From contig JAZDMQ010000069.1 of assembly GCA_043800755.1 (NCBI GenBank), positions 1-29,553 of the forward strand: DNA of 29,553 bases. The letters are read 5' to 3'. Each line of letters begins with the position of its first letter. The first letter of the stretch is position 1. A program made the translations under genes and the position numbers. The DNA is from a bacterium. Its GTDB lineage: Bacteria > Methylomirabilota > Methylomirabilia > CAVQYV01. Below the pieces are notes generated by a model that searched no databases, was not told the origin of the DNA, and was given only the letters and a program-made list of their open reading frames with translations. Shown here in pieces: positions 7,894 through 16,247 of the stretch.

Positions 7894-8877
7894 TTACAAA
7901 AGGGCGGGGACCAGGCCTGCCTTTTGGTACCCCTCGATCGTTTTGGCCAGCCCTATTCGGAAGCGGGTAAACTCCAATCCCAATTCCCGGGCCGCCTTGG
8001 AGTGATCGACGCAGATGCCGTGCAGCATGGCCCGGACCTGATCCCGGGGAAGCCGGGGAGACTGGCCGGTGAAGAGGGAGCGAAGATGACCTGCCCAGGA
8101 AGCGGCCCAGACCAGGGGGACGGGAATCCGGCCGGGGATCTTGGTCAGTCCAGCGATCTCCGCCGCGGCAGAGAAGGCCTGCTCCAGGGTGAGGTTCTCT
8201 CCGGCCAGGATATAGCGCTCTCCGGACCTTCCCTTCTCTGCCGCCAGGAGGTGCCCCTTTATCATATCCTCGATGAAAATCAGGTTGATGACGCCCCCGA
8301 ACAATCCCGGCAGCCGACCGCGCAGGAAATCGAGGAAGACCTTGCCTGAGCCCCGGGTACGGCCAGGCCCGTAGGCAGAGGTAGGGTTGACCACCACCAC
8401 CTCCAGGCCCCTGGCCACCATCGCCAGCGCCTCCTTCTCCCCCAGATATTTGGAGCGCTCATAATCGGAGAGGAAATAGCCACGGTGGGCCGTCTCTTCA
8501 TTCCCGATCTGCCCCCTCTTCTCGCCAATCGTCACCGCCGAACTGGTGTGCAGCACCCGCCTCACCCCAGCCCTTAGGGCCGCCTCCAGCAGGTGTCGCA
8601 CCCCCTCCACATTGATCGCATAATAATCCTTCCGTCGAGGGATCCAAAAGCTATTGATGCCGGCCAGATGATAACAGAGCTCGACCCCTTGGAGGGCCGA
8701 GGACAAGGAGGCGCTATCCCGCAAATCCCCAGGGAAGACCTCTACGCCGAGGCAGCGGAGCCCCGAGTCGTCCTCCCCCGGGAGCACCAGGGCCCGGACT
8801 TGCCCTTTCCCTTTCAAGAGCTCCGGCAGAAGATGGCTGCCCACATAGCCCGTTGCGCCAGTCACTAAGATCTTCAA
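7894..8877 (-). CDS. NAD-dependent epimerase/dehydratase, extended SDR (HpnA/dihydroflavonol reductase-like)
   Basis: TGATGYVG, HLAG, TSS, catalytic YERSK, and NPTSAYGP; TTG start. Confidence 0.88.
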   Translation of the reverse strand: MKILVTGATGYVGSHLLPELLKGKGQVRALVLPGEDDSGLRCLGVEVFPGDLRDSASLSSALQGVELCYHLAGINSFWIPRRKDYYAINVEGVRHLLEAALRAGVRRVLHTSSAVTIGEKRGQIGNEETAHRGYFLSDYERSKYLGEKEALAMVARGLEVVVVNPTSAYGPGRTRGSGKVFLDFLRGRLPGLFGGVINLIFIEDMIKGHLLAAEKGRSGERYILAGENLTLEQAFSAAAEIAGLTKIPGRIPVPLVWAASWAGHLRSLFTGQSPRLPRDQVRAMLHGICVDHSKAARELGLEFTRFRIGLAKTIEGYQKAGLVPALL

Positions 8878-8901
8878 GCTGCTCCTTTGGCGACAGAGGC
8901 A

Positions 8902-9981
8902 TCACACATGGAATCGCACCGCGATGACATCCCCGTCCTGCACCAGATACTCCTTCCCCTCCAGCCGCAGCAGTCCCTTCTTACGGGCAGCGACCAGCGA
9001 TCCTGCCCCTTTCAGGTCCGCGAACGGGATCACCTCTGCCCGAATGAAGCCCCTCGCCAGGTCGGTGTGGATCGTCCCTGCGGCCTCCAACGCTGTGCTG
9101 CCCTGAGGGAGGGTCCAGGCCCTCACCTCTTCGTTCATATAGGTGAAGAAGGAGATGAGCCCCAGGAGGTCGTAGGAGGCCCGGATCAGGCGAGAGAGCG
9201 ACAGCTCGGCGATCCCCATCTCCCTCATAAACTCCCCCTGCTCCTCCTTCCCCAGTTGGGAGATCTCCAGCTCCAGTTTCGCGCATAGCTCTACCAGGGC
9301 CGTCTGCCGGTACTTCAGGAGATCCTGAAATCCCTCATGAAATCCTTCTCTTCGGGCCCATTGCTCCTCATCGAGGTTGAGGAGGAGGATGAGGGGCTTG
9401 GCCGTCAGCAATTGATAACCACGGAGTATGGACCACGACTCCCTCGGCATCGGATAGTCCCGCAGGGGCCTCCCGGCCCCTAACTGATCCTGGCAGAGCT
9501 TCAGGGTCGGAAACTCCCTCTCTTTATCCTCCTTCTTTCCCCGCTTGTAATCTAATTCGATCCTCTGCAGCCTCCTCTCAATAACCTCCAGATCGGCCAA
9601 TAGGAGTTCATCATCAATGAAGCCTACATCCCGGCGCGGCCCAATGCTTCCTTCGGCATGGGGCACCCGGGGATCGTCGAAGCAACGGACCACCTCCAGC
9701 AGCGCATCCATCTGTCGCAACTGCCCCAGCAGCTGGCTGTCCGTCTTGGCCGTCCCCTTGCTGAGGGGAGGCAAATCCTGATACTCTATCGTGGCCGAGA
9801 CGACCTTTTGGGGCTGAAACATTGCGACGAGCTCTTCCAAGCGGGGATCCGACACCTTGATGATCCCGATATGGGCCTCCGCCTTGGCCCCCGAGGACTT
9901 AGGGATCCCGCCTGAGATCGAGAGGAGGTCGAAGACCGTGGTCTTTCCTGCCTTGGGCAATCCTAAGATCCCTATCTTCAT
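8902..9981 (-). CDS. ychF: YchF/OLA1-family P-loop NTPase (divergent)
   Basis: MKIGILGLPKAGKTT, VVRCF, LLTAKP, and the C-terminal FFT...EVRAW...AGTIHTDLARGFIRAEV...RLEGKEYLVQDGD. Start placed at ATG 9981. Confidence 0.85.
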   Translation of the reverse strand: MKIGILGLPKAGKTTVFDLLSISGGIPKSSGAKAEAHIGIIKVSDPRLEELVAMFQPQKVVSATIEYQDLPPLSKGTAKTDSQLLGQLRQMDALLEVVRCFDDPRVPHAEGSIGPRRDVGFIDDELLLADLEVIERRLQRIELDYKRGKKEDKEREFPTLKLCQDQLGAGRPLRDYPMPRESWSILRGYQLLTAKPLILLLNLDEEQWARREGFHEGFQDLLKYRQTALVELCAKLELEISQLGKEEQGEFMREMGIAELSLSRLIRASYDLLGLISFFTYMNEEVRAWTLPQGSTALEAAGTIHTDLARGFIRAEVIPFADLKGAGSLVAARKKGLLRLEGKEYLVQDGDVIAVRFHV

Positions 9982-10108
9982 CGTCCCTTTTCCCTTTTCC
10001 CCCTCCGACGATTCATCCCCTCTGGACGCGTGTAACTTACCATCCCCCCTAAGTGGTGTCAAGGAGAAGGCGCCCCTGATTCCCGCTCCGAGGTTTCCCC
10101 TTTTCAGC

Positions 10109-10136
10109 TTGAATTTTTTCAGGTCTATGCTACCTT
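10109..10136 (+). promoter_or_regulatory. Putative extended -10 promoter placing the TSS at the mtaB start codon
   Basis: TTGAAT, 16 nt ending in TGC, TACCTT, then 7 nt to ATG 10144. Confidence 0.35.
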
Positions 10137-10143
10137 AAAGGCC

Positions 10144-11451
10144 ATGAAGGCGGCACTGACGACCCTCGGATGCAGGCTCAATCAAGCGGATACGGCGGCC
10201 CTCGCGGGGATCCTCAAAGAGGCGGGCTACCAGATTATCCCCTGGCAGGAGGTGGCTGATCTTTATCTGATCAATACCTGCACGGTGACTGCCGGCACTG
10301 ACCAGCAATCCCGGCAGGCTATCCGCCAGGCCCATCGGGCCAACCCCTCTGCCCTGATCATTGCCACCGGCTGCTACGCCCAGGTGGATCCCGGGGCCAT
10401 TGCCTCTATCGAAGGGGTGGATCTGGTCTTAGGGAACCGGGAAAAGCTGGATCTGAAGAGCTATCTGCAGGATCTGGCCAAGGGGGGACGGCCCCGGATC
10501 GCGGTGGGAGATATCTCCCAAGGCACCCTGTTCCAGGACCGGGGGGCCTGCGAGGAAACCCCTCGCACCCGTCCCCTCCTGAAGGTCCAGGAGGGATGCA
10601 GTGGAGAATGCACCTATTGCATTGTCCCTCGGGCTCGGGGGCCGGAGCGCAGCCTCCCTCCCGCCCAGGTGAAAGACAAGCTGGTGAGCCTATTGGCCCG
10701 AGGGTTCAAAGAGGTCGTCCTGACCGGCACCCGCCTGGGCGCCTACGGCCATGACCTGGCGCCGCGTGCTAACCTATCCGAACTCCTCAGTAACCTATTG
10801 CCCCTGCCCGGGACCTGGAGATTGAGGCTCAGCTCGTTGGAGCCCCACGACATCTCCCCGCACCTAGTCTTGGCCCTCCAGGGATCGCCCCGACTGTGTC
10901 GCCACCTTCATCTGCCACTCCAGAGCGGGGATGACGAGATCCTGGCCCTGATGGGCCGGACCGATCGGGTGGAGGGCTACCGAAGCCTGCTCCAGGACCT
11001 GGCCGCAGGACTGCCCGGCATCGGCCTGGGTGCGGACATCATTGTGGGATTCCCCAGCGAGACCAAAGAGCACTTCCTCCGCACCTTTCGCTTCTTGGAG
11101 GAAATGCCCCTGTCCTACCTTCATGTCTTCCCCTTCTCTGCCCGGCCAGGCACACCGGCGGCCACCCTGCCCCATGCCCCATCGCCCCAGGAGAAAAAGG
11201 ACCGGGCTCGCCAGCTTCGCTCCTTGGGCCGGGAGAAATCCTTGCAGTTTCGATCCGGGTTTATAGGAAGAGAGCTGGAGGTGGTCGTGCTCCGTAAGAG
11301 GGATCGACAGGGGAGGGGGTGGTTGGCCCTTTCCGATAACTACCTGCCCATCTTGATTCAGGACCGGGGAGAGGAGGGGATAGGTCAATTAGTCTCTATC
11401 GTGGTCGAGGGAATGGACCAGGATCTGCTCCTGGGTCGCCGGAAAGAATGA
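10144..11451 (+). CDS. mtaB: tRNA t6A37 methylthiotransferase MtaB
   Basis: UPF0004 cysteines TLGCRLN, NTCTVT and TGCYAQ; radical SAM motif CSGECTYC; HLHLPLQSG; C-terminal SDNYL. Confidence 0.92.
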   Translation: MKAALTTLGCRLNQADTAALAGILKEAGYQIIPWQEVADLYLINTCTVTAGTDQQSRQAIRQAHRANPSALIIATGCYAQVDPGAIASIEGVDLVLGNREKLDLKSYLQDLAKGGRPRIAVGDISQGTLFQDRGACEETPRTRPLLKVQEGCSGECTYCIVPRARGPERSLPPAQVKDKLVSLLARGFKEVVLTGTRLGAYGHDLAPRANLSELLSNLLPLPGTWRLRLSSLEPHDISPHLVLALQGSPRLCRHLHLPLQSGDDEILALMGRTDRVEGYRSLLQDLAAGLPGIGLGADIIVGFPSETKEHFLRTFRFLEEMPLSYLHVFPFSARPGTPAATLPHAPSPQEKKDRARQLRSLGREKSLQFRSGFIGRELEVVVLRKRDRQGRGWLALSDNYLPILIQDRGEEGIGQLVSIVVEGMDQDLLLGRRKE

Positions 11452-11480
11452 AGCCTCCCCCGGCGTACCGGAAGAGGCTT
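11451..11480. terminator. Hairpin between convergent mtaB and HU genes (probable terminator)
   Basis: AAGCCTC...CCGG-CGTA-CCGG...GAGGCTT; U-tracts are weak. Confidence 0.5.
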
Positions 11481-11528
11481 AATTCTACGAGGCCTAAGGA
11501 GAGGTCGAACTTGTCTTCGAGGGAACCC

Positions 11529-11801
11529 CTATTTGATCGCTGACTTGAGGGCTTTGCCAGCAGAAAACTTGGGAACTTTTTTGGCCTTCAGCATCATCTC
11601 TCTGCCGGTTTGAGGGTTTCGGCCTTTGCGGGCTTTACGCTCCCTGACGGAAAAGGTTCCAAATCCGACGAGGGTTACCTTTCCACCCTTGGAAAGGACT
11701 TTGCTGACCGCTTTGGTAAAGCTTCCCAAGGCCTTCTCAGCGGCGGCCTTGGTAACACCTGCATCCTTGGACATTTGGGCCACGAGATTCGCCTTCGTCA
11801 A
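11529..11801 (-). CDS. hup: DNA-binding protein HU
   Basis: VTLVGFGTFSVRERKARKGRNPQTG...PKFSAGKALK; TTG start with RBS AAAGGAGG. Confidence 0.96.
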   Translation of the reverse strand: MTKANLVAQMSKDAGVTKAAAEKALGSFTKAVSKVLSKGGKVTLVGFGTFSVRERKARKGRNPQTGREMMLKAKKVPKFSAGKALKSAIK

Positions 11802-12089
11802 TTCCCGGCCTCCTTTCGGTTGAGGTCAAACCTTACAAACCTGCTCCCCGTGAGCCTCGTAAAGAGGTAATTGCTGTCAACTCCCCTTCTGACTTCACTT
11901 TAGGAGCCTAATAGCATAATTTTTTCCGCCTGTAAAGCATTATTTTCACTTTTTCCCCAATTTTGTGGTAAGAAAGGACCTGCCCTGGTCGCCTCCGGCA
12001 AGCCCGGGGGGGCCGACTGCAACCCCCCGGAGGTCGTCCCGGGGGAGAGATGACCAACCAATCGAGGCCTGAAGAGGAGGAAGAGAGAG

Positions 12090-12752
12090 ATGCCCAAGAA
12101 GCTGACCATGATCCACACGGTTCCCGGCCTGGTAGGCCTTTTTGCGGAATTATGCAAAGAACTCTTGCCTGGGGTGGAGGTCTTCAATCTGGTGGAGGAG
12201 AGCCTGCTCAAGAACCTGCTCGAGATCGGGGAGATCACCCCTTATACGAACAGGCGGGTGGTGGAGACGATCCTTTCCGCCCGCGAGGGAGGGGCAGATG
12301 CGATCCTGGTGACCTGCTCCTCCATTGGCCCCTGTGTGCCCCTGGCTCGACCCCTGTGCGAGGTGCCGGTGCTGCGGATCGATGACCCCATGGCCGAGCA
12401 GGCGGTCAGGATCGCTCAGCGCATCGGGGTGGCGGCGACGGCCAAGACCACCCTGAAGCCGACGGTCGATCTCATCGGAGAGAAGGCAAAAGAGGCACAC
12501 AAAGAGGTCTCTCTCCAGGCCTCCCTATATGCAGAGGCCTTCTCTGCCCTGATGCAGGGGGACGCGGCAAGGCACGACTCCATCGTCCTGGAGGGACTCA
12601 AGGCCCAGGAGAAGCAGGGAGCCCAGGCCCTGGTCCTGGCCCAGGCCTCTATGGCCCGGCTGGCCCCCCTCGCGGCCAAAGAGGTCTCGGTGCCCGTCCT
12701 GACCAGTCCCCGCCTGGCAATCGAGCGGGTCCGGGAGGTCCTGGGGGTTTAG
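12090..12752 (+). CDS. Asp/Glu/hydantoin racemase family protein
   Basis: DAILVTCSSIG, PVLRIDDPMA, LAQASM and PVLTSP; RBS GAGGAGG. Confidence 0.8.
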   Translation: MPKKLTMIHTVPGLVGLFAELCKELLPGVEVFNLVEESLLKNLLEIGEITPYTNRRVVETILSAREGGADAILVTCSSIGPCVPLARPLCEVPVLRIDDPMAEQAVRIAQRIGVAATAKTTLKPTVDLIGEKAKEAHKEVSLQASLYAEAFSALMQGDAARHDSIVLEGLKAQEKQGAQALVLAQASMARLAPLAAKEVSVPVLTSPRLAIERVREVLGV

Positions 12753-12790
12753 GTTACAGTCCCGGGTGGGAAGCAAAAACCCAGGCTTGC

Positions 12791-12825
12791 AATCCGAAAT
12801 CCGAAATCCGCAATCCGCAATCCGA
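12791..12825 (+). repeat. Heptamer tandem repeat (AATCCG[A/C]) x5
   Basis: AATCCGA AATCCGA AATCCGC AATCCGC AATCCGA, between convergent genes. Confidence 0.9.
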
Positions 12826-12847
12826 TTAGGCATCTGCCGGTCAGGCC

Positions 12848-14182
12848 TTAAACGACCTCCTTGATGCTCCGCTCCAGGATATCTACTATTTCATCGATTT
12901 CGGCCGGGGTGATGATCAGGGGCGGGGCCAGGCCAATCCAGTGGGGGTCTATCCTCAAGATCAGGCCATTGCTCCGCGCCGCCGAGGCGATCTTCAGGCC
13001 CAAGGTGGGAGAGAAGCGGGCCTTGGTCTTTCCATCCTTCACCAGCTCCAGGGCCATCATCAACCCTGAGCCCCGCATCTCTCCCACCACTCCCAGGGGA
13101 AAGATCCTCTCCCGCAGCTTCCTCCCCAGATACTCTCCCATGGTCCGGGAGTTCTCCACCAGGCCCCGCCGCTGGATCTCCTGCAAGTTGGCCAACCCCG
13201 CCGCGGCGGAGAGGGGATTCCCCTCATAGGTATGGGCGTGGGAGAATTCCACCTTGGCCTCCGCCGGTCCCCAAAAGGCCTTCGCGATCTTCGCCGTCAT
13301 GGCGATCCCCGCCAGGGGGGCGTAGCCGCTGGACATCCCCTTTCCCATGCAGAGGACATCCGGGGCGACCCCGTAGGTCTGAGCAGCAAACATACTCCCG
13401 GTGCGGCCAAACCCGGTCACGATCTCGTCATAGATCAGGATCACCTCATAGCGGTCGCAGATCTCCCGCAGGACCTGGAGATAGCCCGGGGGTGGAGTAA
13501 GCATCCCCGGCATGTTCATGATCGGCTCCATGATGAAGGCGGCCACCGTCTCCGGCCCTTCCCACTTGATGACCTCCTCCAGGATACGAGCGCAGGTCAG
13601 GTTGCAACTCTCCAATTCCTTTTCGTAGGGACAGCGATAGCAATAGGGGGGCTGGATGTGGAGGAAACCCTCCAAGAGGGGGACGAAGGGGACCTTGCGA
13701 ATGGGAATCCCGGTGGCGCTCAACGCGCCCATGGTCACCCCGTGAAATCCTCCATAGCGGCCAATAATCTTGTATTTCAGAGGATTTCCGCTCTGACGAT
13801 GATACTGCCGAGCGAGCTTGATGGCTGCCTCGGTCGCCTCTGAGCCTCCATTGAATAATTTGAAGGTGGTCAGGCCCCCCGGCACAATGGTGGAGAGGAG
13901 CTGCACCAGCTCCAAGGCCACGGGATTGGTGGCATAGAGCACTGGGGCAAAGGAAAGCTGATCCATCTGCGCCTTCATGGCCTCAATCACGGCCCGATTG
14001 CCGTGGCCCACATTCACCACGAAGATGCCCGAGAGGCCATCGATGTAGGTCTTGCCGTTGCTATCCTCGATCCGAACCCCCTCTCCCTTCTTGATGATCA
14101 ACGGATCCTTGATGAACTCGGACATTTGCATATAGGCCAGGAGAAGGTGTTTGGCGGCCTCATGCATGCTCTCTCTTTCCAT
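12848..14182 (-). CDS. Class III PLP-dependent aminotransferase (omega-amino acid/taurine:pyruvate-like)
   Basis: GSEATEAAIK, FHG, EPI, DEIVTGFGRTG, PLP lysine in MGKG, and HTY. Confidence 0.92.
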   Translation of the reverse strand: MERESMHEAAKHLLLAYMQMSEFIKDPLIIKKGEGVRIEDSNGKTYIDGLSGIFVVNVGHGNRAVIEAMKAQMDQLSFAPVLYATNPVALELVQLLSTIVPGGLTTFKLFNGGSEATEAAIKLARQYHRQSGNPLKYKIIGRYGGFHGVTMGALSATGIPIRKVPFVPLLEGFLHIQPPYCYRCPYEKELESCNLTCARILEEVIKWEGPETVAAFIMEPIMNMPGMLTPPPGYLQVLREICDRYEVILIYDEIVTGFGRTGSMFAAQTYGVAPDVLCMGKGMSSGYAPLAGIAMTAKIAKAFWGPAEAKVEFSHAHTYEGNPLSAAAGLANLQEIQRRGLVENSRTMGEYLGRKLRERIFPLGVVGEMRGSGLMMALELVKDGKTKARFSPTLGLKIASAARSNGLILRIDPHWIGLAPPLIITPAEIDEIVDILERSIKEVV

Positions 14183-14236
14183 TCTCTCTCTCTCCTTTTC
14201 CGGGAAGGTCGCCGCTACGAAAAGAAATCACTTCTC

Positions 14237-15277
14237 TCAGTCCACTGGCCTCAGCACCGCCGTCACCCCGCTCTTGTACCGCATGACATCGAAGGCCTTG
14301 CGCCACTCGGTGATGGGATATTCAGCGGAGATGAGGGGGGATGCCTGAATCAGCCCGGCATCCAGGAGCCGGATGGCGGCTTCCCAGACCGTAAAGTTGT
14401 GCCCCAGGGTCCCTTGCAGGGTGGCGCCCTTCCCCAGGAGCTTATCCAGGCTGAACCCCACGGGTTGGGGCCCCCAACCGATCTTGATGATCTTTCCCGC
14501 AGGTCTCACCATCTCGATGCTCTGTCGAAGGGTCTCGGATGGCCCTGCCGCATCTGCCACCACATCGGCGCCGAAGCCGTTGGTAACCTCCATCACCTTC
14601 GCCACCACATCCTCGGCCTCGGAATTGATCACCTGGTCAGCCCCCAATTCCTTGGCGATCTCCAGCCGCCGCCGATCGTCCGACAAGCCACTGACGATCA
14701 CCTTGCTGGCCCCTGCCACCTTCGCGACCTCCAGGCAAAAGAGGCCGATCGGGCCGGGCCCCAGGACCACCACGGTATCCCCCGGCTTGACCGTCACCTT
14801 CTCCACCAGAGCATTGTAGGCCACGCAGAGGGGCTCAATCAGGGAGCCCTCCTCGAAGGAGATGGAGGGAGGGAGATGATGGAGGTAGGTGACGGGGACC
14901 TTCATGTATTTGGCGAAGGCCCCATCGGCCGCATAACCGGCGATCAGGCGCTTGCGACAGAGGTTGTATTGTCCGATGCGACAGACCGGGCAGATGCCGC
15001 AGGCATAGGCCGTGGTCTCTCCCACGGCGCGGTCCCCCACGGAAAAACCCTTGACCCCTGGGCCCAGCTCCGCTACCACCCCGGAGTATTCGTGTCCCAG
15101 CACCACCGGAAACTTCGTCGGGACATTGGTCTCCCCGTCCTGGGCGTGCAGCTCGGTGCCGCAGATGGCCGCGGCCTTGATTTCCAGGAGCACCTCCCCG
15201 GGACCGGGCTTGGGCCTCTCGATCTCCCGCACCTCGATGCAATCCTTGGCTTCCTTGTACCAGACCACCGCCTTCAT
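14237..15277 (-). CDS. Zinc-dependent medium-chain alcohol/polyol dehydrogenase
   Basis: ICGTE, LGHE, structural Zn motif CGICPVC...C, EP, and GPGPIG. Confidence 0.92.
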   Translation of the reverse strand: MKAVVWYKEAKDCIEVREIERPKPGPGEVLLEIKAAAICGTELHAQDGETNVPTKFPVVLGHEYSGVVAELGPGVKGFSVGDRAVGETTAYACGICPVCRIGQYNLCRKRLIAGYAADGAFAKYMKVPVTYLHHLPPSISFEEGSLIEPLCVAYNALVEKVTVKPGDTVVVLGPGPIGLFCLEVAKVAGASKVIVSGLSDDRRRLEIAKELGADQVINSEAEDVVAKVMEVTNGFGADVVADAAGPSETLRQSIEMVRPAGKIIKIGWGPQPVGFSLDKLLGKGATLQGTLGHNFTVWEAAIRLLDAGLIQASPLISAEYPITEWRKAFDVMRYKSGVTAVLRPVD

Positions 15278-15337
15278 CTTTATACCTCCCCCTATGATTT
15301 GGATGATAACCTGTCTGCCTGAAGGGCTCCTTGCGCC

Positions 15338-15366
15338 CTTATAACGGATTGAAGGGCCTTTGTCAA
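15338..15366 (-). promoter_or_regulatory. Sigma70 promoter for the dehydrogenase-aminotransferase pair
   Basis: TTGACA (15366-15361), 17 nt, TATAAG (15343-15338). Confidence 0.6.
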
Positions 15367-15461
15367 TTTGAAGATTTCCCAGCGCCGCTGGGAGATCCTA
15401 TGGAGTTTCAGCAAAATTCGCTATTGAAAAAAGAATGAAGATGGGCTAAAAGGAGAGCGAA

Positions 15462-16235
15462 ATGTCCCCAGAGCAGCTCGAGCGGTACAGGCGTCACATC
15501 CTCCTCCCCCAGGTGGGAGAGGAGGGCCAACAGAGGTTGCTACAGGCATCTGCCCTGGTAGTAGGGGCGGGAGGCCTGGGCTCACCGGCCTCGATCTACC
15601 TGGCCGCCGCCGGGGTGGGAAGGCTGGGGATCGTGGATTCGGATCGGGTGGACCTCAGCAATCTCCAGCGTCAGATCCTCCATGCCACTGAGGACATCGG
15701 CCGCTCCAAGACCGACTCGGCGCGGGAGACCATCCAGGCCCTGAATCCGGAGGTCTCGGTGACCACCCACGCCGAGCGTCTGGATCCCTCCAATTCCCTG
15801 AAGATCATTGCCGATTACGACCTGGTCCTGGATGCGGCGGACAATTTCCTCACCAAATATCTCCTCAACGATGCCTGCTATCGCGCAGCCAAGCCCCTGG
15901 TCTATGGGAGCATCTTCCAGTTCGAAGGCCAGGCGACCTTATTTGCCCGGGGTCGGGGGCCCTGCTATCGTTGTCTCTTCCCCGCCGCTCCGCCGCCCGG
16001 GTTGATCCCTCCCTCCAGCGAAGTCGGCGTGCTGGGGGTCTTGCCCGGCATCATAGGCATCATCCAGGCCACCGAGGCGATCAAGTGGATCCTGGGCATC
16101 GGCACCCCTCTGTTGGGGAGGCTACTCCTCTATGACGCCCTGGAGATGAGCTTTCGCGACATTAAGTTCGAACGAAATCCGGATTGTCCCCTCTGTGGCG
16201 ATCATCCCACGATCCTGGGGGTCGGGGAAGCTTAG
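15462..16235 (+). CDS. moeB: MoeB/ThiF/HesA family E1-like adenylyltransferase (no rhodanese domain)
   Basis: RYRRHI, GAGGLG, DSDRVDLSNLQRQ, DNF, and Zn motifs CYRC and CPLC. Confidence 0.88.
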   Translation: MSPEQLERYRRHILLPQVGEEGQQRLLQASALVVGAGGLGSPASIYLAAAGVGRLGIVDSDRVDLSNLQRQILHATEDIGRSKTDSARETIQALNPEVSVTTHAERLDPSNSLKIIADYDLVLDAADNFLTKYLLNDACYRAAKPLVYGSIFQFEGQATLFARGRGPCYRCLFPAAPPPGLIPPSSEVGVLGVLPGIIGIIQATEAIKWILGIGTPLLGRLLLYDALEMSFRDIKFERNPDCPLCGDHPTILGVGEA

Positions 16236-16247
16236 AGGCCACGAGGA

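Noticed and set aside
12791-12825. CRISPR array
   Set aside because: 7-bp tandem units without spacers, and no cas genes in the window.
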